A stretch of DNA of 64,000 nucleotides. Source: Eledone cirrhosa (taxonomy: Eukaryota). The stretch is from the NCBI GenBank assembly GCA_964016885.1, contig OZ024742.1:278504001-278568000 (forward strand), written 5' to 3'. The notes beneath the pieces are model-generated. The model was not told the DNA's origin. It saw only the letters and a program-made list of their open reading frames with translations, and searched no databases. Each line of letters opens with the position of its first letter. Position 1 is the stretch's first letter. The position numbers and the translations under genes were made by a program. Below are positions 28,780 through 50,239 of this stretch, piece by piece.

Positions 28780-29237
28780 AATAGATAGAGTTAGATGTAT
28801 TCAATAAAGTATATACATACAGTGGTAGTTTATAAGAAGGCATGGTTTATTTAATAAAGTATATGTATTTAATAAACTACATATACAAAGGGGTATATAA
28901 CACGACAAATACATATTTGCTACTACACTATATGTATACAATAGGTATATAGAGAGCAGTTATATATTTATTTAAAATGTATATATATTCAATAATCTCT
29001 ACACATACAATGAACACGCAGACGACAAATGTATATTTAATATAATATAGACGTCATACATATATTTACTAAACCATGCATGCACTTCTGAGTTAATAGT
29101 ACCAAACTTATTTAATAAACCATAAAATGGGTATATAGAAAACAGGGCTTAATTCTTTCACTAATCTGGTTAGTTTACGTATATGTAATCTGTTTAGTAT
29201 GTACACACATATACCAATATGTACATACATACATACA

Positions 29238-29273
<36 letters not shown>

Positions 29274-29353
29274 TATATGTATATATATATGCACATATTT
29301 GTATATGCATATTATATATATATAATAGTTATATATATATATATATTATAAAT

Positions 29354-29464
<111 letters not shown>

Positions 29465-29472
29465 TATACAAA

Positions 29473-29835
29473 GTTAGAATTGGTGCTCTGAAATAGCAAA
29501 ATACACTATATATACATTCATATATATATCGCTATTTCAGAGCACCAATTCTAATTTTCAATTTCCGCTTCACCGGCAACCGCTCAGTATAATCAGTTCC
29601 TGATTATTACTAGAATTCTATAAGAATCAAACATTCATGATTTTCAGCAAACAAGCGGAGTACTTAGCTTTGATAAGCACCAAAAAGTGCGTAACAGAGC
29701 TATGTTATCTTTATTTCCCCTGTTTGCTGAACATTAAAGTAAGTGAGACTGTCACTACTCTAAAACATTAGCGTAAGGTCTTCTAAATGCTTTTAATTAA
29801 GCATACAGTGTATTGTAAAATACACTATATATACA
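29473..29835 (+). mobile_element. Family C copy with short inverted 5' end; degenerate HHR at 29664-29712
   Basis: UUGAUAA GCAC CAAAAA GUGC GUAA CAGAGCUAUG; inverted TTAGAATTGGTGCTCTGAAATAGC. Confidence 0.85.
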
Positions 29836-29861
29836 TATATATATATGCAGATTATATATGA

Positions 29862-29927
<66 letters not shown>

Positions 29928-30001
29928 TATATTTATTTATATATATATATATAAATATATAATATATATATATATACATATGCATATTATATATATATGT
30001 G

Positions 30002-30096
<95 letters not shown>

Positions 30097-30244
30097 ATTA
30101 GAAATGTAAGCTATCGCCGTATTCTGACTAAAGAAATTAAAGAAATTATTTAGCCTGATAGTGGGGTTAAGAACCCTCGGAGAAATGGACAAATATGAGT
30201 ATTGACGTGCACGTCAATACTCATATTTTCTCAATATTCATATT

Positions 30245-30760
30245 TCAGGTTGTTTTTTCATATATGAGTGAAGTTTGGTTGGTTGATGCAGTCACGTGAA
30301 TAAGCACAACAGCATTCGCGCCAGTTTGTTTGAATTTCTTTTTACTTAAAAAAGGGGCTCACGAAGACTTTCTTTTATAAACGTAATTTGATTGGTTATA
30401 AATGAAATTATGGCTGTCACGTTAACAAGTTCATTAAATTTTGCGCCCGTATTTAGGAATTTATTTTGTAGCCTTTTAGAGAATGTTATGGCAAACAAAA
30501 GATAATGGTCAAGAGAAATGGGATGGGGGGAATTGTTCTGGTTCAATGAAGATGGCAGGTTGTTTTGTCATATATCAGTGAAGTTTGGTTGCTTGATGCA
30601 GTCACGTGAATAAGCATATCAGCTTTCGCGTCAGTTTGTTTGAATTATAAAAAAAAGCCTTTGTGAGCCACTTTTTTTAAGTAAAAAGAAATTCAAACAA
30701 ACTGACGCGAAAGTTGATGTGCTTATTCACGTGACTGCATCAACCAACCAAACTTCACTC
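30245..30760 (-). repeat. Inverted pseudo-LTR segments of the adjacent PLE
   Basis: 30245-30550 is the reverse complement of about 32775-33090; 30576-30760 folds back on itself. Confidence 0.85.
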
Positions 30761-30761
30761 A

Positions 30762-37107
<6,346 letters not shown>

Positions 37108-37555
37108 CAACGAACGTGGTGCATTGTCTGTTTCAGTAGAGTTTCGGAGAGTATGTGGTATTTATTTATTCCTTTATACTTTCTGCGTTCAAAGCCCGCA
37201 GATATAACTTTGCTTTTCATCTATCCAGGGTCGATAAATTAAAGAATAAGTTACAATGACTTCGTTTTATTTTCTATTTCCTCCTTATTCCGGATATTGT
37301 GTCAAGTTTAGAAAGAATTATTAATTAATAAATGTTTTACAAATAGCTCAGCGAATTTGAATTTTAAATGCATGTTTACTTCTTGCTAGATACTAAGGTT
37401 TTATTTTTTAATAGTCAAACAAGTCGTGAGAAATGAACTCACATTTCTTGTATACTGAACGTGACTGTGTCCTCATTTGTTCGTCTCTAGGTGTTTATAT
37501 AACCAACTTGTACGACTGTTTAATAGTCAAACTTGCGTTTTAGCACTTAGCAACA

Positions 37556-37635
<80 letters not shown>
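37556..37635. repeat. (CTA)n(CTG)n trinucleotide repeat; another at 54055-54172
   Basis: Direct observation. Confidence 0.95.
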
Positions 37636-37714
37636 CTGGGACTACATGCATGTGCAATTGATGACGTTATTTTTATTACTATCGCATCGTAGTATCGATA
37701 GTGCGTCGGACATT

Positions 37715-38155
37715 ATGCTTTATGGCATAGAGTTACGACACTACGTTCTGAGTTGATATCGCACCAGGTTAACTTTACATTTCATCCTTACGGGCTCGAT
37801 AATATAAAGTACCTGGCATGCATTGGTTCGATTTAATCGACTTTCCCCTGCCCCAACATTGCTGGACTTGTGCCTATATAAGGAACCATTATTATTGGAT
37901 CCACAGCGAAGACGAGCCAAGATCATGGATGTTATCCAATCATCTTGGCAGTATTGGAAGAAGGTCGGACGCCATGCTTTGCAGCATCGAGTTACGGCCC
38001 TTTACGATCTGAGTTCAAATCCAGCCGAGGTTAACTTTGCCTTTCATCCTTATGTGGTTGATAAAATAAAGCACCAGTAACGTAGTGGGGGTCGATTTAA
38101 TCGACTTTTCCCTACCCCCAAAATTACTAGCCTTGTGCCAATAGTAGAAATCCTT
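37715..38155 (+). mobile_element. Two tandem OK-like SINE copies
   Basis: Core TTTCATCCTTA.G.G..GATAA..TAAAG.ACC at about 37780 and 38040. Confidence 0.85.
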
Positions 38156-39375
38156 GTTAGTGTCATAGCAGCGGATTGACAATGCAGTTAGAGCGTCGGA
38201 ATTGTCAGGACGTCGGACGGGATGCCTTTCTGTAGTTATCCCGACTCTTTTGTGTTCTAAGTTCGAATCCCACTTTGGTATACTCCTGTGGTAATCGTAA
38301 TCAGTTAATCTATTTAACAAAGCCGCCATTTTCACATCGAGTGTCTTTAACAGAGTTCACTCTGTTACAAGCATTCCAACAACTGATTTCAATAACGCAA
38401 CCCAAGTCCAGATATTGTTGTTGAACCGGGTGACAGATCAGCTCTACTACCTAAGATTAAATACAGTTCGACCGGATTTTGTGCATGGTATCCCTCAATC
38501 CAAATTCAATCACCTGGTTCGGCTCGAACCAAAGCTATAGTTGAAAAGAAGGACCAAAAGTACCATTGTACACGGAATAACAGGATAAAGAAGCACTCTT
38601 TTTAACCATACCGCCATGCTTTTGCCTATATTCTCATCATGCTGGAAAAATGTGTTATATACAACGACGTGGTAAGTTCTATAAATAATAAGATATTTTC
38701 CACTATAATTATATACTATAGCATATATCATCAAGAACGATTTGACATGAAATAAGCATCTTTTGTTATTCTGCATACTACATAGATAACGTAACCAGTT
38801 AAAGCTTACGAATCTGCACTAAAAGAACGCTATTTTGAAGAAAACCTTACAGCCGCAAATAACCAACTACAAAGAAAAACGAAAAATAATAATGAAACCC
38901 TTTGAGACTGTCAGATAATTCCTACTTAGTTTAGGATTTTGCACACGACCCATTTTCTTTTGGTATTTTTTTTTTTTTTTAGTTACGCCAGTTTGCCTGT
39001 TGCGCATGATAGCGATTATTTATAACATATCTCCTCAGATCTGTCACTTTATGGTCAGAGTGTATTTCAGTTGAAACACGAGAGACATTTTATTTATTCT
39101 TGTTTTTTGAAGTCAGCATCGCTAAGACTTATCTTTTCACTCTTATGTCTTAAAAAAGAAAACATTTATAAACGGATTAAATTGTATTTCGATCTCAAAG
39201 CTAGCGAACAGCGAAACGGTCTTTATTTTTTATAAATTAAACAGGACAATGCAACAAAGAAAATTATTGAATACTATCATCACACACACACACGCGCTTT
39301 GATGTTTATGTGTGTCTATCTCTCCTCTCTTTATCTCTCTCTTTATATGTATATATATATGCATACATACATACA

Positions 39376-39411
<36 letters not shown>

Positions 39412-39418
39412 TGCATAC

Positions 39419-39499
<81 letters not shown>

Positions 39500-39613
39500 G
39501 TATACGTGCATGTATGTGTGTGTGTGTATATCTTTTGAAACGCTGAAGACATTTTTTTCCTATTCACCAAAGTGTTAAGCGGATAAGTGTATGTTTGTAA
39601 GTATCTATGCATG

Positions 39614-39680
<67 letters not shown>

Positions 39681-40754
39681 GTGTGTGTGTGTATGTATAT
39701 ATGTATGTATATATGTATGTATGCATGCATGTATATATGTATCTATGTATGTATGTATTTATTGTTTTTCATTTTTTATGCTTAATGTACAGAAACAATT
39801 ACCCTCACAATCACATACAAGCTCATACATAAATCTTTATTTTGTATTTGTTTCGCAACATTCGTGAAAACGGATATTATTGTATTTTGAGAGGATCATA
39901 CTGACACTCAAAAGCAGATTCACTGTTTGTTTCGTTTATGATTTGTTAATCAAACAAATAATTAGATCAATTATCAGTTTATCAATTAACTAATTAATTA
40001 TTTCCACCATCAATTTTCTTTCGTTACTGCCTGCGACCTCATCGATGTCTTTGTACCCTGTGTACACTTTATTAGTTTACGCTTACACCTTATTAGTTTT
40101 ACGCTTTTCTTTGGCCTTTCTGGATTTTATGCCAGAAAGGTAGCGAACAAGATATGTGTGAGTTCTGTTGCTTTTATTTGTGTTTAATTATATTTGTGCT
40201 TTTGTATATCTAGCACGAGGTGGAGCGGTGGGGATTTAGTTAATATTTTTAGCAAGCATTTGATAGAGTGAGCCTTCGCTTCGATGCGAATCTCACTTTT
40301 ATCATCCCGTATTCTCTTCCACTCGAGAGAAAAGATTGTTTTTTTCACATATCTCCTTTGAGACCTGTTGAGCTTCCTGAATAGTCGTTCGCTCCCAGCA
40401 TTTACTGCGGAGATTTACGGATTTATAAATGATTGTATATTTTTGTACATTTGCAATTACATCTTCGGCACAGCTACTTGCAATTGTCTGTCGTCTCTCT
40501 GCATGTGACGCTTCACTTCTCTGAAGGTAACTAAATCCACTTTGCTGCAACGCAATATTTATTTTCTCATTTGGCATTGGTAGCAGTGTTGTTGTTGTTG
40601 TTGGCGGCGATGGAGATGCTGGACAAAATAGGAAAGCTTCAAAATCTGCAACTCTGTTTGGTTTTTGTTGCTGCTATTGTTGTTGTTGTTGATGCTGTTG
40701 TTTTTGTTGTTGCTGTTACGTTTATCGTGTTTGAGTGTACAACTATTTCTAGCT

Positions 40755-41125
40755 CATTATTTTTGCCAATAAAAGAACTGGGGAGGGGAAAGTCGATTAA
40801 ATCGACCCCAGTACGTCACTGGTACTTTATTTTATCGACCACTTAAGGATGAAAGGCACAGTTAACCTCGGCGGGATTTTAACTCAAAACGTAAAGGGCC
40901 GTAACTCTATTTGAACACAGAACGTAAAGGACCGCATTATTTGGCAGTATCGGTAGAGGGTCGGACGCCATGCTTTGCAGCAAAGAGTTACGGCCCTTTA
41001 TGATCTGAGTTCAAATCCCGTCGAGGTTAACTTTGCCTTTCATCCTTACGGGGCCGATAAAATAAAGTACCAGTAATACACAGGGATAATTGCTTGCCTT
41101 GTGCCAAAAGTAGAAACAATTATTA
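40755..41125. mobile_element. Two divergently oriented OK-like SINEs (minus 40755-40915, plus 40940-41125)
   Basis: SINE core present on both strands. Confidence 0.85.
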
Positions 41126-41934
41126 TAATAAATTGTTTGCTATTTTTAGTGAGTTAGGATACATTCACCTACCAAAACAGCTACTACTAAAATTATTACT
41201 ATTGCAACGACATTTAATTATGAGATAGGAACTGCTAATTAATGAAATTTAAACAGAAATACAGCGATGATGAAAACACCTTGTAGAAATCGTACAAAGA
41301 TCAGACGGTATGAGAATTGTGCTGGTGATTTAGCTTACTTTCTCTCTCCCCTTCCATCTATCTATTTATTTGTTTATCTATCTATCTCTGTGTTTCTCTA
41401 TATCTCTCTCTGTATGTCTATATATGTAGTTATCTATTTGTCTCTCTATATGTCTGTCTGCCTATTACTCCTTACATCATACTGACTCCATATTAAAATA
41501 TCTGAAACGAAAGTAAACATATATATACATAAATAGGCATATAAATAAAGAGATGAATAAATGGCACTAAACAAATTGTGGTTTTTGAACGTGTAAAACT
41601 GCGAACATAATTTCATCTGTATTCTTTTTTTCTACAAACAAGAGTTTTGTTATGGAACTTAAGATCACTAAAGAAACACTAGTGCCGTTGTTGATTACAT
41701 TACATAAATAGATGAACAAAACAATATCAAAAACAAAACAACAATAATAACAACTGCGTCAGCAGAAAGAACAGCAACACTCACCAGCAGCAACAACAAT
41801 AATAACGATATATATTTTCACACCTTTCAAGATATGAATTGCTTTGACATATAAAACAAAATACTCAGCCTTGCATTAAGAACTTCGGTTGCAGTGACGT
41901 TATTACCTTTACGAGGAAATATTATTATTATTAT

Positions 41935-42482
41935 TAGAGGGTCGGACGCCATGATTTGCAGTATAGAGTTACGGCCCTTTATGATCTGAGTTCAAATCCA
42001 GCTAAGGTTAACTTTGCCTTTCATCCTTATAGGGTCGATAAAATAAAGTACCAGGCACGTACTAGGGTCGACTTAATCGACTTTCCCCTCCCCAAACTTA
42101 CTCGCCTTTAACCTATACTAGAAATTATCATTATTGGTGGATTGGCAGTATCGGTAGAGGGTCGGACGCCATGCTTTGCAGCACAGTTACGTCCCTTTAC
42201 GGACTGAGTTCAAATCCCGCGGAGGTTAACTTTGCTTTCATCCTTACGGGGTCGATAAAATAAAGTACCAGTAATACACTGGGATAATTGCTGGCCTTGT
42301 GCCAAAAGTAGAAACAATTATTATTATCACCTACATTAGGGCGGTGGATTGGTAGTATCAGTAGAGAGTTGGACACCATGCTTTGACGCATAGAGTTATG
42401 GCCCTTGCCATTCTGTGTTCAAATCCCGCCAGTAATGCACTGGTTAATTGCTGGCCTTGTGTCAAAAGTAGAAACAATTATT
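41935..42482 (+). mobile_element. Three head-to-tail OK-like SINEs
   Basis: Repeated AGAGGGTCGGACGCCATG..GAGTTCAAATCC..; the third copy lacks the core. Confidence 0.88.
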
Positions 42483-42715
42483 ATCACCTACATTATCATC
42501 ATCATCATCACCATAATCATCATCATCCTTGTTACTAGTAGTTGGCCCCCTGCCGTCTAAAATGACGAATAATTGTAATATGTATACATAATATAAAAAA
42601 AGACAGGTTTGTCCGTTTGTTGGTTGGTTGGTTCCTTCGCGCTCAAGTGATACAAACATACAAACACACAGTCAATGTATGTAGCCAAATCAATACACAC
42701 ACACACACGCACACG

Positions 42716-42753
<38 letters not shown>

Positions 42754-43549
42754 GATGTGAAGAATCTTAAAATGCTGGACCTCTATATTTTCTCACCTAC
42801 CTCCTTCGTCAGTCATCACATAGATTTGTGTGTATGTAAAACAATATTTTTTCTAAGTGGGTATATTTATATATATGTATGTGTAGGTTCGTGAGTGTTT
42901 GTAATTCTATTGTCTATATATCTTACTAAATAAACACACACAAACACATATACACTCTCACAAATATTGCATATAAATATAATTTACACAACACACATTG
43001 ACACACACACTAACACACACACAATCACAATGTGTGTAACCAATTCGCTATACATATAGACCCACACAGATGTAGCCAACATTTGGACGCTGCATCCCCT
43101 TCCTTCGCATCGACGTTATCCCCCCTTCCTTTCTCTGAAGGTAAGTTGTTGGTGCTGGACGACCAGAGGTTAAGGCTTTGTTGTCAGGCTATTGGCTGTC
43201 TATGCCCTGCCGTGGTCAGAATTGTCTGAATTTTCAGATGCCTCGAGACATTTCTAGGACCATCCTGCATAGTCTTAATGGGCGACTGGAACGGTATCTT
43301 GGCGTTACTCTGGGACTGTGTGGGCTAGTAGATAGGGAAAGTGGGTGTAAAAGCCTCGCAAACCAGTTCAGATATGTCCAATTGTCTCACAGGATACCGA
43401 GCGGATTTCCCGAATATGACAATGGGGACATGAGTAAAGGTTTAGTAAAGAAATGGCTATAGAAAAACAAAACAAACTAGATTAGAGGGTGAGCTAGTTA
43501 GAAAGTTAGAAAAATCTCTTATGTAATACATCTGACGTGCTAGCATATC

Positions 43550-46320
43550 TAAAATCTGCTCAATAATCTAAAAAACGCCAATGGAATTATTGTTAGAGCA
43601 GACAAAACATCAAACGTATATACCATGGATGTGGACACTTACAATAACTTCATCCGTAAGGAATTGCATAAAAAATACAGGAAAACTAATGAAGCCACAC
43701 TTAAAAACATCAACAACTCGGCATGTGATATTGTTAAAAAACTTTGTATTACGATAGAACGCAACCCTTAACACCAGCTATACCATCCTTCAACCTGAAG
43801 GACCACAAGATAAACTTCGATACTAACCCTAATATTAGACTTATATGCCCCTCTAAATCTGATATAGGTAAAATTAGCAAATATATACTAGACAGAATTA
43901 TCCCCCAAGTTAAGGTTAAAGTAGAGATTAAACTATGGGGTAACACTCATGAAGCAATAAGATGGTTTAACAACATTACTGATAAGAAAAAATCAAAATT
44001 TATTCAGTTTGATATTGATGAATATTATTCCTCAATTTCACCTGATACTCTACATGAAGCTCTTTCGTTCGCTAAGGATAATTCCGACCTTACGGATGCT
44101 GAAATTAAAATTATTATGGAAGCGAGAAAAACTATAGTTAAATTCGATGATAGCTACTGGGTTCGCAAAGATAGACCTTCTAATTTTGATATCACTCTGG
44201 GTTCTAATGATTCGGCGGAAGTAACAGATCTTGTGGGAATTTATATCACCCACAGATTACAAGGAAAATTCAAGGATCTCCACGGTGGAATTTACCGTGA
44301 CGATGCGCTCCTATTAGTTAAGCATATGAATAACCAGAATTTAGAAAGGATGCGTAAAAATATCTGAAAACTTTTTAAAGAACTAGGATTAAATATTACA
44401 TTTGAATATAACCTCAAAGAGGTCAACTTCCTTGATGTTACTTTCAATCTCAATACAGATACGATTAAACCGTTCCATAAACTAAATGAGAACCTTAAAT
44501 ATGTAAATACGAGTTCTAACCATCCACTCTCTATAATTAAATCCATCCCTAGAAATGTTTCTCTTAGAATCTCCCGCCTATCGTCCAACCAACAAACCTT
44601 CAAAGAACATGCCGAGTATTATGATGATGCACTTAGGAAAGCCGGTCACCTAGATAATATAGAGTATATAGTCAATGATCACCAAAACACCCAAAATAAA
44701 TCACATAGGAGTAGAAATAGCACAGAATCACCACCATACATACACTACCGCAATAGACACAATAATAGTCGCACACCACCAAACAGAAGGCGATGTAAGG
44801 AGTATATCTGGTACAACCCGGTCTATAACAAATCTATTAAAACCAATCTACCCTAAAAATTCTTTCGATTAGTTAGAAAACACTTTCCAACATCACATAA
44901 ATATAATAAAATCTTAAACCCTAACACTATTCGACTTTCATATTCAACCGCCCCTAATATTGAACAACATATAAAAAAGCTTAACGCAAAACGGTTGTAT
45001 AAACGCCTTCCAACACATAACAATACACGTAAAACATTAGCTATAACATCACAAAATAACAAACAACATCCTGTCCTACATAAGCAACCTCATCAACCCA
45101 TCCATGGCAATACAACAACGCAAAATTGTAATTGCAACTGTGTCCAACCAGGAATGTGTCCGTTGAACAATCAGTGTTTTGAACGCAACATCGTATACAA
45201 ATGTAGTATCGAATTGGATAGACAGAAGTGGTACTATGTGGGATCTACAGCCACCTCCTTCAAATCACGCCTTTATAGACATCGTTATTCGATAAAATAT
45301 GAAAACCAGCGTTATGTAACAACACTCGCAGACAAGGCTTGGCAGCTGCGTGAAAATAACCAACAATTTCACCTAAAATGGGATATAATAGCGCTGCCCC
45401 CCCCCCCCCCCCCCCATAATCCAATGGACAGGAATTTTGTAAATTATGTAATGTAGAATTATTTTGTATTATGAAATCCAAAAACATTTTATTAAATAAC
45501 AGAATAGAGCGATCGTTATACTGTAACCATCGCTTAAAATCTACATTTTCATATTATAAATACTACCAGGATTGAACGCCTGTCTCTATCCCCGTTTGAT
45601 TGTCAAAATAGATATGAACATTCTTTATTAGTCTTAATTCTATCAACTCTTCTATTATTTACCTTTTAATACAAACTGCTATAGATAAAATGAGATTTCT
45701 GATTTCTTGATTCAATTCCCTAGTGCATATACCAGCTGGCTACTAGCATTGATGTTATTTAGTAGCAATCGAAATCTCCCGCTTCCCCAATTGACACTTT
45801 ATAATTAATACTACTGCACCAAATGACCACCCTGTCCACTGTCCAGTTGGTCAAGTAGAGATTAAAATTGGCACTCCCAAAATTCTTATTTAGATTTACT
45901 CATGGTATTCTCATTAAAAACCCATTATATACTTGTTTAGCAGTAAATTATTTTACCATCTGTCATATTCTATCCCCTCTGTTCCTTCCTCTTTTACTAA
46001 TATAAATACTTCAATTTTTCAGATTTTATCCAGTTTATCCAAAATCTCTGAAGAAGTGACAACTGATTATACATTTGCTATCGAATACTTGCTAACATTA
46101 TATGATTACGCAAGCAGCGATACATAGGTATTCGGTCTGTTACAGAAACATATGTCAATACCTAATAAATTCCTTTTTTAACAAAAGCACTTTCATTTTA
46201 TATTCATCCTTTCTACATTTCTCCGGAATATAATTTATACTCGTTGAGCAAACCTGCACGTACGCTGTTCATCTCTAACGTAACGATATATTATCACTAC
46301 ATTATTGATAACCTGAAATT
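43550..46320 (+). mobile_element. Naiad-like Penelope element (RT plus C-terminal GIY-YIG), decayed
   Basis: IIVRADKTSNVY, LKDHK..NP..RLICPSKSDIG, FDIDEYYSSI, FDITLGS.DSAEV.DLVG, GIYRDDAL, VNFLDVTF, IWYNP, CNC..CPL..QC..IVYKC, YVGST, CKLC, CNH. Disrupted by frameshifts and stops. Confidence 0.92.
46048..46156 (+). ncRNA. Hammerhead-like fold with extended stem II in the Naiad tail
   Basis: CUGAAGA A GUGACA ACUGA...UCGGU C UGUUAC A GAAA CAUAUG UC; stem I pairs poorly. Confidence 0.5.
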
Positions 46321-46354
46321 TTATATATATATATATATATATATAAGTTGTAAT

Positions 46355-46949
<595 letters not shown>

Positions 46950-46957
46950 ATATATAT

Positions 46958-47690
46958 TAAAATATCAAATTAAAGTTTAAGCAAAGAATCTCTGCTTTCA
47001 CCCTTAACGGGATCTTCTGAAACTAAAAAAATCAATCTGTAAACGCAGAAGTAAATATTTCAAAAAACGTTGCAACCGAAGGAAGACAGGAAGACGTGTA
47101 AACGTTCCCTGGCAAAGAACGGATAAAGACAAAGATAATTGTTTCTACTTTTGGCACAATGCCAGCAAATATACCAGTGTATTACTGGTACTTTATTTTA
47201 TCAACCCTGTAATGATGAAAGGCAAAGTTAACCTCGATAAGGATAAAGACAAAGATAATACGTCTAATTTGGAGCGGTGAAAACAATTACACGCAAAATC
47301 ACGTTTATGGTATAAATGAAGTCGTAGACTAATATTCTATTAGATGGTTCGTGGAGACGTTCTCTGGCAATGAACGGAATAAACGAAAATTATACGTCAT
47401 TATATGGAGTGCTGAGAACAATTACACGCAAAGACAAAACCACGTATATGGTATAACTGAAGTCGTAGACTAAAATACTATTAGGAAACCGAATGATTCC
47501 CGTCTTCAGAGTTATGTATAAAGTAAATAAATTACAGAGGTAATTACAGAGGTAAAGCAGCGATTCTTTGCTTAAACTTTAATCTGTTATTTTAATAAAT
47601 ATTTGCTCTACGGTTCTTATATATTTGATAAATATTTATCCTTATCGAGCCTTCTTTGGATTTTAGTCGTCAAATTTATTATTATTACTA
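46958..47690 (-). mobile_element. Family A copy with inserted SINE fragment (47137-47240) and inverted end (47553-47690)
   Basis: Homology to 9693-10272. GGATAAAGACAAAGATAAT is duplicated around the SINE piece. Confidence 0.85.
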
Positions 47691-47966
47691 TATATATATA
47701 TATATATATATAATTATATATAAAGTCGGGTGTGTATGTTTATGAATGTGTGTGTGTGTGTTTATTTAATTATATAAAGACTGCTATCTTTCCGAATTCT
47801 TTTTCATTTCTTCATTTCTTCCCATTCTGTCTACCCAACCTCATACCTCACCCATTGCCTCCTCTAATCCACTACTAGGTAGCTCCTCCTTAAAATGGAC
47901 GCCTCCCATTAGCATCAACTCCAACCCCTAGGAAAGATATAAATATCAACAACTCTCCATGTCACT

Positions 47967-48020
47967 TGGCTTGCCTGATGATTTCATAAGAATGAAACAG
48001 TGTTCGTCCTGTCGAAGCCA
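47967..48020 (+). ncRNA. Type I hammerhead ribozyme (family E; degenerate copy on minus strand at 15177-15225)
   Basis: UGGCUU(G)C CUGAUGA U UUC AUAA GAA U GAAA CAG UGUUCGUC CUG UC G AAGCCA. Confidence 0.75.
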
Positions 48021-48216
48021 TTTCTATATTAGATAATAATGATTACACTCTACTAGTTTATTGAGTATCGTTTTAGCTGTGGTTATCCCCGATTTCACTC
48101 AGGATATACATATATATGTATATAACCAAAGATTAATATGGTTCGTTGATTACTCAATGAATACAATTTTACAATAGACTAAAAGTACTAAACAGAAATT
48201 TCACTGGAGTTTTTAA

Positions 48217-48309
48217 TATTATTCAAAATATTAACAAATGAAAGATATTCACATAATCATATATTTTGATTATGTGAATATCTTTCATTTGTTAATATTT
48301 TGAATAATA
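48217..48309. repeat. AT-rich palindrome with perfect arms
   Basis: TATTATTCAAAATATTAACAAATGAAAGATATTCACATAATCA and its reverse complement. Confidence 0.95.
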
Positions 48310-50239
48310 TATATGTATATAGGTTACTAGTGACCGAGTATATTTAAAACGTGTAGGGAAGGAAAATTGATTAATTAAATAGTCAATTTGAAGCACTCTA
48401 GGCCACAGTCAAAGTTAATCTGAACAACACATGACTGAAGAGATCACAAGTTACCGCTCGATAGATTATCATATCTCACCAAAGCTCACATATCGACGAA
48501 AATGGCATTTACTATTTACTTTGGATTTCGCAATGATATACTGGACTACCTGACCGGTCGAAAATAAAACCCACCAATTTTAGCCTTCAGCACAAGTGCA
48601 GATATATATGCAAGAAATAATAAGAACAACCCCTTATTCTTCCAATAATGTACTTCTGTAAATCCTCGCTATTAAAAATTAAAAAATAACTGCTTTGATT
48701 TAACATAATTTAGCACATGCAGTTTGGAAGTTCTAGTAAACTTTATTTTTTGTGAAAACTCCTTGATCTTATAATTCTTATTATCCATGCAACATTACAA
48801 CCTTATAATTGGTTGAATCTATACTTTTCTAGGCAATATTATTATCATTTTTTCTATCTTTAAATTTTACATACCACTTCTCCCCTTTAATTATCTTCAC
48901 GGTGGACTGACTTGTCTGAAAGATGAACGGTAGATTAATATATTTTGATCACTCCGACAGTGTAGGCACGGCTATAATTAATGAATGGCATTCTCTATGA
49001 CGGATGTATCTCTGTAAACAATTCGCCCCCCTACCTCCTCCACCACACCTTTTAACCCACAAAGCTGGCATTGGGTATAATTCGGGTAACGTCCGCTACC
49101 GATATAACACCGTATTTGCAAGCTGTGTCCAAATCGATTTTCTATTTTCTGTTATCTCTATATCCAATCTTGCATTTATATGGTTGAATTCGACGCAATC
49201 CTTTTACATAATTCTGCAGATGACACCTGATGCGATCACCTTCTCTTGCATCATAATTGGACGAGCTTGGCCATTGAAATATATATAGTCATTTAGCGGA
49301 ATTAAAATTCGGAAGTAAATTTTCCAGTCCGACCTTCTGTTGATGTTTTAATGAATACGTTACCCCGTAACTGTACCAACCACTGGATACGAACATCTAA
49401 AATGGATGATTTGCATAACGTTGAGTGGTATAATTAATTTGTTTTATCCTCATTTTTCAGCCCGAACCACTAGTTCCACCTATTCGTAAACACCCTAACA
49501 TAAATTATATATATACATACATACATTTCTGTATGTGTGTATGGGGCGGAATTCTGAACAATTTCCGTTAAGCAGTGAATTCCCTTTACATGGTTATGGT
49601 ATCTCACGATTAAGGTCGGATGCTCTTGCACAAAATCTGCATTGAAATCGATCTCAGAATTCGAATTTAGGAAGTGAAGTTCTTATCTTAATCACGCAAC
49701 CATTCTTTGATAGTGGCTAAAACCACTGAAAGCACTTAAGTTTAAAAGGAAAAAACCCTTTTCGTATTAAATCTTTTTTGCTTACACTAGACTTTTCAGT
49801 TCCAACTACAGCAGTCGATTGAACTTACAATAATATGCCAACTAAACAATTCTTCACTTTTTCTTTACTCACGTTGATAGCTTGTTGGCCTTATTCTGTT
49901 TTGGACAAAGCTTGGTTCATACAATTTATTCCCTCAGCATAACTCTGACATTTTGACTGGAAATCTTCTCATTAAATCCACCTTAGAAACCGATCTAAAC
50001 ATTTCGTTATCGTCTTGAAAAACGCGCAGTCTTTCAGGAGCCTGTTGTATGTATCACTAATGAATTTCGATTGTGTGTACAATAGTAGCACAAAATCTTG
50101 TTGAAATTCGGCATAACAATAACAAAAGCATACAAGGTATAGTACCAATCATATGAATGTATAAACGGAGGAAATAATGAGTTTACACACATACGTGGGT
50201 ATGTATGTACGTACGTTTCTATGTTGTTGATGATGCGGG

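Noticed and set aside
40302-40577. ORF vaguely like a Tc1 transposase N-terminus
   Set aside because: No convincing motif or terminal inverted repeat pair.
41935-42482. CRISPR-like repeated units
   Set aside because: They are tandem SINE copies in eukaryotic DNA with no repeat-spacer structure.
43075-43500. GC-richer segment with a GAAG|GTAAGT donor-like site upstream of the Naiad element
   Set aside because: No supportable exon or protein similarity.
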